DNA of 64,000 nt from Escherichia phage vB_VIPECOOM01, in the sequence record OQ721909; one strand, 5' to 3'. Position numbers and translations under genes: made by a program. Positions 18,956-27,371 of this stretch are shown here, one piece after another; the first letter of the stretch is position 1, and the number at the start of each line of letters is the position of its first letter. The notes beneath the pieces are model-generated. The model did no database searches and was not told the DNA's origin. It saw only the letters and a list, made by a program, of their open reading frames with translations.

Positions 18956-21052
18956 TTATCCTTGAACGAACTTGTAAGGCATGTTTGTAATATCTATGCA
19001 AGACGCAATAATTCCAAGAGATGATTCTGCTTTCTGTTTAACATTTGATGAAACAAATGATGCAAAGTCAACTCTGTCTTCTATTTCAATATCACCTGTC
19101 ATTGCAACCAATTCACCAGTTTCCATTAAATGGTCTCCATCATAGATTACCGATTCGGTGAGTTCTTCCGTAGTCATAACTTCAGCTTGAATGAGTTTTG
19201 TATTATTAGATGTTGTTCCGTCATTATTGGAAGCATCAGTTATTTTATTAACTTTGACCATCAATCCGCGTGGTAAAATAACTTCAGCTTCAGTTGCTAT
19301 TCCGAGACTTCCTGGATATACAACATTAACTTTATGAGCTCCATCAATTGCCCATCCTATTTGAACTTTAACGTATTCAGGATTTTCTTTATACGCTCTT
19401 ATTTCGTTTGGATTAATAGTTATTCCTTCTTCATTTTTATCAACTGTTAATTCATTGCGAGCTTCTGGTTCTAAAAGACCAATACCAGCATGCGTAATTC
19501 CAAAACGTCCAAAAATGATAGGAGTTAAAGAAGTAGATACAAAATTTCTGAAATAGAACACTTTATTTTTAACTAGTGCTTCGTATATAGGAGCAGTCAT
19601 ACTTTGAGCACGATAAACTGTAATGCCTTCTGGTATACGGTCACCATTTTCAAAGGCTGAATCTAAATTATTTATCGCAGATTCAATTTCTTTTTCACTC
19701 ATTACATCATATCGTTCTGGATTATAGCGTCCTAAAAGAAGATTATTGATGTCAGTATATCCTGATCCACAATACTCTCTAATGCCGCGCTTTTGCGATG
19801 GAGTATATTTAGAACCATCACGGGCAATAGTAATATCAATCATTGGACCTGCACCAATTCCAGAAAAGCTATAAATCATTCGTTTGAGGAATTTAGTTTT
19901 TGCTGCGTTCCAGGAATTTTTAGTTATTTCTTCCCAGACTTCATCTGGCTGTCCTTTACGGGTTTTATTATGTTTATCAAGCCAAGTATCTTTATATTCT
20001 TCAAAGAATTTATTAATAGCTGCTGCATACTTCTCTAAACATTTTATTGAAGTAGTTGGTTCATTTTTGATCGCGTTAAAAATTACATCTTTAATTTTTT
20101 CAGAAACTTCATTAACCTCACTTTTTGAAAAGAATTTATAGTCATAGTGAAGTTCATCTGCAGTCCCTTCGGCAATAATTTTTGCTGCCTTAGTTTTAGA
20201 AGCTAATGAATTAATTCCAAGTTTCATTTCTTCCGCTTCGGGAATTAAAGGAGCTGTAGCAGGTTTATTGAAATTAGCTGCAGTAGATTCATACTTCTGG
20301 AATAATTCACTTTCAAATCTAGAAGATTCCAATGACTGACTTTGTGCAATTGCTCTACGGGAAATTTTAACTTTAACTATTACAGCTTGGTCAGAACGTT
20401 TATCGTTTTCTTGCGCAATAGATGCTGCAATTGCCTCATTTTTAGTTACTTGAGCTCCAGTATCTTTATTGATATAAACATCGCCGACCTTCGATTCAAC
20501 TTTAGTAAAGAGCTCGGTACTAATTTCTGGAACTCCTGGAATGTCTTCTAGTGATACATTTTTGCGATGTATAAGAATATATGCATACTTTTTATCGTAA
20601 TCCCAGAGTTCCTTAAGAAGGACGTATCTGCCACCTGAACGACTACGGATAAGTCTATCAGCAATAACTTGAATTTGTCGAGCTTGACCAGCAGTTTTAG
20701 ACTTAAGAATACGGAGCATACAGGCATCAATTTTATACTGACGCATCGTCTGCATTGCAACAGTAAAAACTGAATTGATATAATTAATTGGGCTTGGACC
20801 GAGACCTTTTAATTTAGCAATTGAACCTTTAGCAGTTAATGTAAAAGGAACAATATGCATCATTTTATCGCCCATTTTTAAATCGCGATTAGTATCACCT
20901 CCAGATGTATAGGTACATAAACGAAAGCCTGGTTGTTCAATTGCGTCATCAACATGAACTGAAAAAATTTGCGGTATTTTCTTCTTTGGATTTAAGTTTG
21001 TAATCGGAAGAGTAGTATCTTCGTCAAATAATTCTGTAATGAGTTCCATCAT
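18956..21052 (-). CDS. alt: Alt ADP-ribosyltransferase (capsid-packaged, modifies host RNA polymerase)
   Basis: 698-aa ORF matching T4 Alt (MELITELFDEDTTLPITNL..., ART motifs YRAQ, FVSTSL, TEAEVILPRG). Confidence 0.93.
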   Translation of the reverse strand: MMELITELFDEDTTLPITNLNPKKKIPQIFSVHVDDAIEQPGFRLCTYTSGGDTNRDLKMGDKMMHIVPFTLTAKGSIAKLKGLGPSPINYINSVFTVAMQTMRQYKIDACMLRILKSKTAGQARQIQVIADRLIRSRSGGRYVLLKELWDYDKKYAYILIHRKNVSLEDIPGVPEISTELFTKVESKVGDVYINKDTGAQVTKNEAIAASIAQENDKRSDQAVIVKVKISRRAIAQSQSLESSRFESELFQKYESTAANFNKPATAPLIPEAEEMKLGINSLASKTKAAKIIAEGTADELHYDYKFFSKSEVNEVSEKIKDVIFNAIKNEPTTSIKCLEKYAAAINKFFEEYKDTWLDKHNKTRKGQPDEVWEEITKNSWNAAKTKFLKRMIYSFSGIGAGPMIDITIARDGSKYTPSQKRGIREYCGSGYTDINNLLLGRYNPERYDVMSEKEIESAINNLDSAFENGDRIPEGITVYRAQSMTAPIYEALVKNKVFYFRNFVSTSLTPIIFGRFGITHAGIGLLEPEARNELTVDKNEEGITINPNEIRAYKENPEYVKVQIGWAIDGAHKVNVVYPGSLGIATEAEVILPRGLMVKVNKITDASNNDGTTSNNTKLIQAEVMTTEELTESVIYDGDHLMETGELVAMTGDIEIEDRVDFASFVSSNVKQKAESSLGIIASCIDITNMPYKFVQG

Positions 21053-21072
21053 ATCCTCTCTAGTGTTTATTC

Positions 21073-21080
21073 TATTTATA
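21073..21080 (-). promoter_or_regulatory. T4-type late promoter (TATAAATA) for alt
   Basis: Minus-strand TATAAATA about 20 nt upstream of the alt ATG, consistent with late expression of a packaged protein. Confidence 0.5.
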
Positions 21081-21085
21081 AAATT

Positions 21086-21103
21086 AAAGGCCCGAAGGCC
21101 TTT
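21086..21103 (-). terminator. Hairpin terminator after the 62-aa ORF
   Basis: AAAGGCC-CGAA-GGCCTTT hairpin right after the stop codon, followed by T-rich sequence on the minus strand. Confidence 0.45.
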
Positions 21104-21290
21104 AATAATCTAGTGGTAAGAGAGTACGGTATATTTCAAACTTCGGACCTTTTTCATAGGCATCAAATGTTTCTGTAAATTTATTATAAGCATATGCATC
21201 TACAAATTCAAGAACGATTTGTGATACAGAAGTAGAAACATCTCCACCTTCTTTTTGAGCCACGACAATTGTTTCTAAGTAAGCTTTCAT
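21102..21290 (-). CDS. Hypothetical protein, 62 aa
   Basis: ATG overlaps the DNA ligase stop codon (ATGA), indicating translational coupling; followed by a terminator hairpin. Confidence 0.55.
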   Translation of the reverse strand: MKAYLETIVVAQKEGGDVSTSVSQIVLEFVDAYAYNKFTETFDAYEKGPKFEIYRTLLPLDY

Positions 21291-22747
21291 AGACCAGTTA
21301 CCTCATGAAAATCACCAAATACATCCTCGAATGTATTAGCTTTAGTTTTATCTTCACGTAAACGAATCGCAATTGGAAGAAATAATTTAACGTAATCAGT
21401 GCGGCCATCAGATTTTAACCAACCATTGCATTCGCACTCTAGAATTTTTCCAATATAATAATTTTGGTTTTCCATAATGCGAGTACGGTCAAGTTCATGT
21501 GATTTTACACCGGCTTTATCTTTTAAGCCTGAACCTGCATTTACTTTAATTTTTCCACACTCTGATTCAAGAATAAATCCACCTGCTTTAGTAGGGTCTT
21601 TACGGTGAGGATAAATTCCTACAATTTTTAAATCAACATCAATTACTTCTTTAAATTTATAAAGATTTTTTGAACGAGCATTTTCCCACAATCCATCGGT
21701 ATTTTTGAGAATAATACCTTCAAGACCTTGGTCAATATATTTTTTATAAATTACCTTAGCTTCATCTAGGTTATTTACTACCTGGTTTTCAATTAAAATT
21801 ACTTTATCATATCCTGATGTCATTTGTTCTAGTTTAGAAAAACGTACATCATATTTTAAACGAAACGTCGGAAGACCGTATATTTCTACCAACGGAACAT
21901 AATCCCAGACCTGAAACTTCATGCATTTGGCTTCTTTTTCTGAAATAGTTCCCTTTAAAGATTTATTGGCGATTCCATTAGAAGCAGTACGAGATTCAGC
22001 TACTTCGGCAAACTCTTTAGCTTTACTGATTTCAGGAGCGTCAAAAAGAAAATCTAGGCCTTCTGGTTCCTTTTCAACTTGCTCATGGTATACCAATTCG
22101 CCATCAATTAACACACCTTCTGGATGAATCTGGCGGGCTTCAGCGGTCATTTTGATTAACTCTTCCTTAAGAAGATCTAATCCTAGATATTCATTACCAG
22201 CTCGTGATAAAAGACGAACATCATCTAATTCATCACCTCGAACTTCAGCAAAACACCGAGCTCCATCTGCTTTTAACTGTGCAAAGGCTGGAAATTTGAT
22301 ATTCTTACTAATGCCTTTTTCATCATAAGAACTTGCCAGCATTTGAGGTTGTTCAGGAATTAAACCTGGCCAAACTTTGTTTGCAATAGATACTGAAGCA
22401 CCGCATTCAAGGTCTCGCATCATAACTCGACGCAAAACTTCAACATCATCCTTTTTACCATCGGTGATATATCCAGTTAATTCCTCAATTGCTGCATTGC
22501 CAGTTAATTTCCGAGTAGCTAACGTGAATTCAATGAAGTCAAGCATATCGGTAATAGTCAACATTCCAAAACTCTGGGTAGCAATACCAGGTTTAGGCCA
22601 TTTCTTGATATAATACTGTAACCCACGAGAATAAGTCAGACGATATACTCGTTTAAGCAATTCATTATCTTTATTCTTTTCAAGAATTGCTTGCTTCTGC
22701 TTAGTTGATCCAATAGATGCTATTTCATTCAGAATTTTAAGAATCAT
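21287..22747 (-). CDS. 30: ATP-dependent DNA ligase gp30
   Basis: 486-aa ORF; adenylation motif KADGARC; N-terminus MILKILNEIASIGSTKQKQAILEKNKDNELLKRVY matches T4 DNA ligase. Confidence 0.97.
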   Translation of the reverse strand: MILKILNEIASIGSTKQKQAILEKNKDNELLKRVYRLTYSRGLQYYIKKWPKPGIATQSFGMLTITDMLDFIEFTLATRKLTGNAAIEELTGYITDGKKDDVEVLRRVMMRDLECGASVSIANKVWPGLIPEQPQMLASSYDEKGISKNIKFPAFAQLKADGARCFAEVRGDELDDVRLLSRAGNEYLGLDLLKEELIKMTAEARQIHPEGVLIDGELVYHEQVEKEPEGLDFLFDAPEISKAKEFAEVAESRTASNGIANKSLKGTISEKEAKCMKFQVWDYVPLVEIYGLPTFRLKYDVRFSKLEQMTSGYDKVILIENQVVNNLDEAKVIYKKYIDQGLEGIILKNTDGLWENARSKNLYKFKEVIDVDLKIVGIYPHRKDPTKAGGFILESECGKIKVNAGSGLKDKAGVKSHELDRTRIMENQNYYIGKILECECNGWLKSDGRTDYVKLFLPIAIRLREDKTKANTFEDVFGDFHEVTGL

Positions 22748-23013
22748 TGTTCATCCTTCAAAGTTTGATTTACATCTCTATTATAAATCAATTCATCATT
22801 AAGCTCAGGCAAAGACTTATGATATGTAGTTCTAACTTTATTTCCTTGCATCCAGTGCTTGACGTAAATGAAACCTTGCTCTACACATTTTTTAAAAATT
22901 CGTTCGTCTTTTTGAGCTCGGAATTCTGGATTGCATCTAAAAAATTGATTTACGTGACCGTAATCACGTGTAGTATTACCTTCATTTTCATAAATAGTAT
23001 GAACAACAAACAT
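22744..23013 (-). CDS. Hypothetical protein, 89 aa (position of T4 30.1)
   Basis: ATG ORF with start/stop overlaps to both neighbours. Confidence 0.55.
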   Translation of the reverse strand: MFVVHTIYENEGNTTRDYGHVNQFFRCNPEFRAQKDERIFKKCVEQGFIYVKHWMQGNKVRTTYHKSLPELNDELIYNRDVNQTLKDEQ

Positions 23014-23852
23014 TAGAATGCTCCTTGAAAAATATTATCACCACTAGTAGGTCTATTATACAAATACTCTATGCCACCAGGTTTAATATAGTTCCATGTC
23101 TGAAACGGATGTGTCTGATATGGATGATATAGATGATTATAAGGATTTAATCCAGGCGTTCTCCAGGTAGTGTTCCAAGGAAAAGAATCATTTTTAACCA
23201 TCTTCTCAATTAAATCTTTTATAGCTTTTTCACTATCAAAACTTTCTTTATTTTCCTTCGGCGAAAAAAGCTTATTTTCTACATCATTCCATGTATAAAC
23301 TCGCTGTGCAGTTTTTGGAATATTGTCACGCTCTCCTCGAGCCATCCAATAAACTGGAACATTTAATATTTCACTCGCATGATCGCAGTGATGAGCGAGA
23401 TCGTCAATATAACAAATTACGTTATATTTCTCTTTTGCCTTTTTGAACAGCTCTTCTTTTGAAGAATCATGACCACACATCATTACTTCTGAGAAGGCAC
23501 CAGGAAAAAGAGCATTCAAATTAAATTGACGATTCAACAGAGCGTCAATAGAATCACCCAATGCTGTAACAGCTACAAAATTATAATCTTCTTTTAATTT
23601 GTTAATTACACACAGGGCATCTTTATACGGAGACAAGTAACGAATAAAATCTGAACGATTGTATTTTTCAATTAACTTGACGCCAAGTTCTTCGTCACAA
23701 TTAAAGAGTTTACCTGGAGAAATAAATTTCTCATCTTGGATCATTTTTAAAATATGTTCTAATGGAAGATTATATTTCTGAGCAAAATAAGGAAGGCCTG
23801 ATTGCCAGCTTAAACATACTCCATCAATATCAGTTAAAATAGTAGGCTTCAT
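23013..23852 (-). CDS. Hypothetical HAD-like protein, 279 aa (position of T4 30.2)
   Basis: N-terminal DIDGV motif suggests a haloacid-dehalogenase-like phosphatase fold; assignment is inferential. Confidence 0.6.
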   Translation of the reverse strand: MKPTILTDIDGVCLSWQSGLPYFAQKYNLPLEHILKMIQDEKFISPGKLFNCDEELGVKLIEKYNRSDFIRYLSPYKDALCVINKLKEDYNFVAVTALGDSIDALLNRQFNLNALFPGAFSEVMMCGHDSSKEELFKKAKEKYNVICYIDDLAHHCDHASEILNVPVYWMARGERDNIPKTAQRVYTWNDVENKLFSPKENKESFDSEKAIKDLIEKMVKNDSFPWNTTWRTPGLNPYNHLYHPYQTHPFQTWNYIKPGGIEYLYNRPTSGDNIFQGAF

Positions 23853-24307
23853 AGAGAGTCTCTTAATAGGTTTAACACATCAATAAATTCAGCTTCGGTT
23901 AGTATTGTATCATCTTTTGTTAGACCACTAGCCATGCTGTGCTTCAAAACTTTTCCTTTCGAAGCTTGTAATGCATCACGAAAGCCCCTGTTTTGGATCG
24001 CTGCTTCAAAATATGCATTTGTGTATAATTCTTTCCACGCTGGAGAGTATCTTGAAAATGGAACTCCAAGCCAGAACAACGTGCCACGGTCCTGAGCTCT
24101 AGCATAAGACCTTCCAGCTTGTTGCGCATCCAATCCGGACATCCCAAATATACGTCTTTGCTGTTCAACATTTTTCACCTTACATCCTTGGAGGAATCCT
24201 TCGAGACCTCCAAATTGGATACCATCCATAACGAAAGGCCATTGGGCGAAATTACTTAATGCACATGATGGCCATCTAAAATTGCTTCTTATCTCTAGCT
24301 CAGACAT
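23849..24307 (-). CDS. NADAR-like (YbiA-type) protein, about 152 aa (position of T4 30.3)
   Basis: ALSNFAQWPF and EGFLQGCK segments resemble the NADAR signature; ATG at 24307 chosen over the track's upstream TTG. Confidence 0.6.
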   Translation of the reverse strand: MSELEIRSNFRWPSCALSNFAQWPFVMDGIQFGGLEGFLQGCKVKNVEQQRRIFGMSGLDAQQAGRSYARAQDRGTLFWLGVPFSRYSPAWKELYTNAYFEAAIQNRGFRDALQASKGKVLKHSMASGLTKDDTILTEAEFIDVLNLLRDSL

Positions 24308-24506
24308 TTTCAATACTTATAATTTCAACATCAGCCCAATGACCATAGCAAGGAAGACGAAATTCAACTGGCCAGTTAGGGTCCTTTTCTAATATAATAG
24401 ACTTAACTTGTGGTTCTTCATGTTCATCGGTATACGGACCTTTATACGTTACTTTATATGTGACCTTAATGTACTGAATTCCAAAAATCTTATTAATTAT
24501 ATTCAT
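24300..24506 (-). CDS. Hypothetical protein, 68 aa (position of T4 30.4)
   Basis: ATG ORF, overlapping neighbours in a coupled array. Confidence 0.5.
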   Translation of the reverse strand: MNIINKIFGIQYIKVTYKVTYKGPYTDEHEEPQVKSIILEKDPNWPVEFRLPCYGHWADVEIISIENV

Positions 24507-24700
24507 ACTAATTCCTTTAATCCATAGATAGGAGATAATTCATCACCCATACGAAGGTCTTCATTTCCATCTACCCAGGAAACAATATAAGCCTCTTTTA
24601 TTTGAATACCACTCCATTTAAATGGAGGTAGAACCTTAGAAATTAATCCAGGTATACCGACTCCCTTTAATTCAACAGTTTGACCCAAAAAGAATTTCAT
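24503..24700 (-). CDS. Hypothetical protein, 65 aa (position of T4 30.5)
   Basis: ATG ORF with 4-nt overlap to the upstream gene. Confidence 0.5.
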   Translation of the reverse strand: MKFFLGQTVELKGVGIPGLISKVLPPFKWSGIQIKEAYIVSWVDGNEDLRMGDELSPIYGLKELV

Positions 24701-24987
24701 TAGAACCTCATCTGAAAACCATGCGATTTAACATTACCGCCGTCAATATCAGAAATGTTAATTTCACGCGCAATTGAAGGGTCAATGTCAATTTCACGAT
24801 TGAGTTTAGCGATAGTTAGAGTATCGCGCCCATTTACAGTACGGAACTCTAAAGGGCAGACTACATTAACGTAGTTTTTAATCGATTCACTGGTAGGCTG
24901 CAAATGAGCAGGAAGGTCTTTAGGCGCCTTAGAGAAAACCACTTCACAGAAATTTTTGCGGGTATCAAAATAAGTAGTCATAAACAT
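24700..24987 (-). CDS. Hypothetical protein, 95 aa (position of T4 30.6)
   Basis: ATG ORF preceded by a GAGGA RBS and a stable hairpin. Confidence 0.55.
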   Translation of the reverse strand: MFMTTYFDTRKNFCEVVFSKAPKDLPAHLQPTSESIKNYVNVVCPLEFRTVNGRDTLTIAKLNREIDIDPSIAREINISDIDGGNVKSHGFQMRF

Positions 24988-25003
24988 AGTATTTTCCTCA
25001 GTA

Positions 25004-25019
25004 AGGGGCCGAAGCCCCT
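25004..25019 (-). other. Intercistronic C(UUCG)G stable RNA hairpin
   Basis: AGGGGC-CGAA-GCCCCT (UUCG loop on the mRNA strand) between the upstream stop and the next RBS; no U-tract on the mRNA strand, so probably a processing or stability element. Confidence 0.45.
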
Positions 25020-25027
25020 ATTTTATT

Positions 25028-25393
25028 TTAAATATCAAATTCGTTAAGAACTACATCAAAAATCGCTTCAAGATGCTCAGGTTTAGCTCTGTTACTCAGA
25101 ATATGACGAATCCAAGTTTTAACCAGAAGCTTACGATTGACGCCATTCCAGCAAGGATGAGTCCCTAAATCACGTTGACGGAAATCATCATCTAATGCGA
25201 TTTTAAAAGAAGAACCTTCTTTCGTGATTGAAACTGTGATGCCATTTTCAAATCGCATATAAACGTAGTTAGGAGTCATATACTGTTCAATTTCGCATAC
25301 TGATCCATTTTGATGTTTCCAAAGGCAAATAGTATCATTAGAACCTGCAATACCGTTAGAAACATATTTACGTTCAAAGTTGATGTAGTTCAT
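25028..25393 (-). CDS. Hypothetical protein, about 121 aa (position of T4 30.7)
   Basis: Track ORF starts at TTG 25405; ATG at 25393 has a GGAG RBS and is preferred. Confidence 0.55.
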   Translation of the reverse strand: MNYINFERKYVSNGIAGSNDTICLWKHQNGSVCEIEQYMTPNYVYMRFENGITVSITKEGSSFKIALDDDFRQRDLGTHPCWNGVNRKLLVKTWIRHILSNRAKPEHLEAIFDVVLNEFDI

Positions 25394-25429
25394 TTTATTC
25401 TCCAAGATGTTTAATTGTGGTACAGGTAT

Positions 25430-25458
25430 ATAATATCATATCCTGTACCAAAGTAAAC
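25430..25458 (-). promoter_or_regulatory. Early-type promoter with inverted repeat flanking the -10
   Basis: Minus strand GTTTAC, 17 nt, TATTAT; the -10 lies between 8-bp inverted repeats GGTACAGG / CCTGTACC. Confidence 0.4.
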
Positions 25459-25460
25459 AA

Positions 25461-25793
25461 TTATTTTACTACTTTCCAGTGCTGCATGTCAAGTTTACCA
25501 ACTTTTTTCATCTTCTCAATTAAGCGTTCTGCACGTTGGCGAGCTGTAACATAATACCATTCGCCTAATTCATTTTGTTCAATTTTTCCAACGATTACTG
25601 TATTCAATTCATAAATCCAACCAGTAAAGAAATTATGAACTTGAATTGTAAAGGTGAAATCTGTTCCCATACCTTCTGTTGTTTCTACTTCAATAATATC
25701 ACCTTCAACTGCCATTAAGAACCACATAGTTTCATCATATTTACCATTGAAGCATTTAGTTTTAACTGTAGCGTTCAGATTAATCGTTTTCAT
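25461..25793 (-). CDS. Hypothetical protein, 110 aa (position of T4 30.8)
   Basis: ATG ORF downstream of a terminator. Confidence 0.55.
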   Translation of the reverse strand: MKTINLNATVKTKCFNGKYDETMWFLMAVEGDIIEVETTEGMGTDFTFTIQVHNFFTGWIYELNTVIVGKIEQNELGEWYYVTARQRAERLIEKMKKVGKLDMQHWKVVK

Positions 25794-25871
25794 TTTATTC
25801 TCCTTTGCTTGTGTAAGATAATACTATCACAAAGGAACTATACTGTAAACAACTTTGTGCAATCTTTGGAA

Positions 25872-25899
25872 AATAAAAAAGGACTCCCGAAGGAGTCCT
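25872..25899 (-). terminator. Rho-independent terminator after the basic small-protein gene
   Basis: AGGACTCC-CGAA-GGAGTCCT hairpin followed on the minus strand by a run of 9 T. Confidence 0.6.
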
Positions 25900-25903
25900 C
25901 AAC

Positions 25904-26122
25904 TTATGCTTTCTGCTTACCAAAACGAGAAGCATCATCTCGAAGAACCGCACGTGCTCGGCGCATGATCTTCTCAACAGTTTGATTGATACGAGAGTTC
26001 GACCCACGCTTGTAACCAGCGCGTTTAGAATCACCAACTTTCTTTTCAACTGCTTTCTTTGCTTTAGCTTGTTTTGCCATTATAAATTCTCTTTTAAATG
26101 AAAATGCAGGACTTATTGGCAT
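25904..26122 (-). CDS. Highly basic small protein, 58-72 aa (position of T4 30.9)
   Basis: Lys/Arg-rich (MAKQAKAKKAVEKKVGDSKRAGYKRGS...); two candidate ATG starts (26122 and 26080). Confidence 0.5.
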   Translation of the reverse strand: MPISPAFSFKREFIMAKQAKAKKAVEKKVGDSKRAGYKRGSNSRINQTVEKIMRRARAVLRDDASRFGKQKA

Positions 26123-26274
26123 TGCCTGCGCAAGCCCTCAAGGGGAACATAGGTTTTGAGTATTTACCGACAGGATAACCATAAACCTCGTCAACATTCA
26201 AGAGGTACACCGTAAAACAAAGTTCGACGGCTCCTCGATTTTAGCTCACACTAAGGCAGTGAATCTCCAATAAA

Positions 26275-26523
26275 TTACTTCAGTGTTACCACAAAGTGAC
26301 GAACTGCTTTTCGTGCAGCAGAAGCCAGAGGCTTAGCATACTTAAGTTCATCTTTTTCCTGGAGCTCAGCAGCTAATGCAGTTTGAGCAGGATTCAGATG
26401 TTTGAAATAACGCAGGATTTCAAGGGCTTCGGCTTCAACATCAATAGATGCGCCATAGTTTTCGTGACCATTATTCCATGCGTTTCGTTGCAGTTCAAGA
26501 GCGTGTTGTAATTGTTTAATCAT
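26275..26523 (-). CDS. rIII: rIII lysis-inhibition accessory protein
   Basis: 82-aa ORF MIKQLQHALELQRNAWNNGHENYGASIDVEAEALEILRYFKHLNPAQTA, matches T4 rIII. Confidence 0.9.
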   Translation of the reverse strand: MIKQLQHALELQRNAWNNGHENYGASIDVEAEALEILRYFKHLNPAQTALAAELQEKDELKYAKPLASAARKAVRHFVVTLK

Positions 26524-26670
26524 TTAAAAATTCTCGTTAGAGATTAAAACTCGGTAGTCACGTTCTTCTGAATTTCATCTTCTTTCGACAGATCTCTCAG
26601 TTGTAGACTACCACGTAGAATTGTTCGGTTAACTTATTATTCCGACACCCAATTCATATTATTATTTATA

Positions 26671-27006
26671 TCACTTATAAAGACACGGAATAGCTTTATA
26701 GTGACAGGTAACGAATTTTTGTTTAATTTCTTTTGGCTGCTTAAGACCTAGAGCTACAAAAGGATGCGGAACGTTTCGAATTTGACCAACTGGAAGAGAA
26801 GTCAAATCACCAACTTCGCAGAAACCTTCAGGAACATCAGGACCAACAGAGTGAACTACACACAGTTCAGGAACTTCACCTTGAACACGTTTACCGATAA
26901 TGAGTCCTGATTCTGTAACTTCTTCATCACCAGCTTGCGCAGGTTCAGAAACTAAAATAACATATTCACCGACAGCACGAATTGGTAGCTGTTGTACTTC
27001 AGACAT
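26671..27006 (-). CDS. 31: gp31 co-chaperonin (GroES-like, required for gp23 folding)
   Basis: 111-aa [43 protein letters not shown], matches T4 gp31. Confidence 0.93.
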
Positions 27007-27036
27007 CGTTTTTCCTTTTTGTTAACAGATGAATTA

Positions 27037-27061
27037 ATAATAACAAATAATTCTTAAAGCA
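27037..27061 (-). promoter_or_regulatory. Putative MotA-dependent middle promoter for gene 31
   Basis: Minus strand TGCTTTA, 12 nt, TATTAT, about 30-55 nt upstream of the gene 31 ATG. Confidence 0.4.
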
Positions 27062-27062
27062 T

Positions 27063-27371
27063 TTATTTACCAATAAATTGAAGCAAATGCTCAACTTTCA
27101 TACCATTAACGGAAATCAATTTGTCAATAGAAAAACCTCGCCATGCACCAATCTCAACATCAAATACTGGAATCATATCAGTAGATTCTTTCCGAGTAGA
27201 TTCAGTCAATTTACCGGTTTGCATGGTTGGCATAAAGTCTGCATCACGAGTACCTTTCATAGTACGAATAGTACCATCAGACTTTTCAAAAACCACGTTT
27301 GAAATACCCATGGACAATTTAGTTTTCAAAATTTCACGAATTGCTACTTTCTGCTCAGTTGTCAGTTTCAT
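27063..27371 (-). CDS. Hypothetical protein, 102 aa (position of T4 31.1)
   Basis: ATG ORF; synteny only. Confidence 0.55.
   Translation of the reverse strand: MKLTTEQKVAIREILKTKLSMGISNVVFEKSDGTIRTMKGTRDADFMPTMQTGKLTESTRKESTDMIPVFDVEIGAWRGFSIDKLISVNGMKVEHLLQFIGK

Noticed and set aside
19793-20141. Two plus-strand ORFs (81 and 85 aa) inside alt
   Set aside because: Antisense to alt, low-complexity, no start context.
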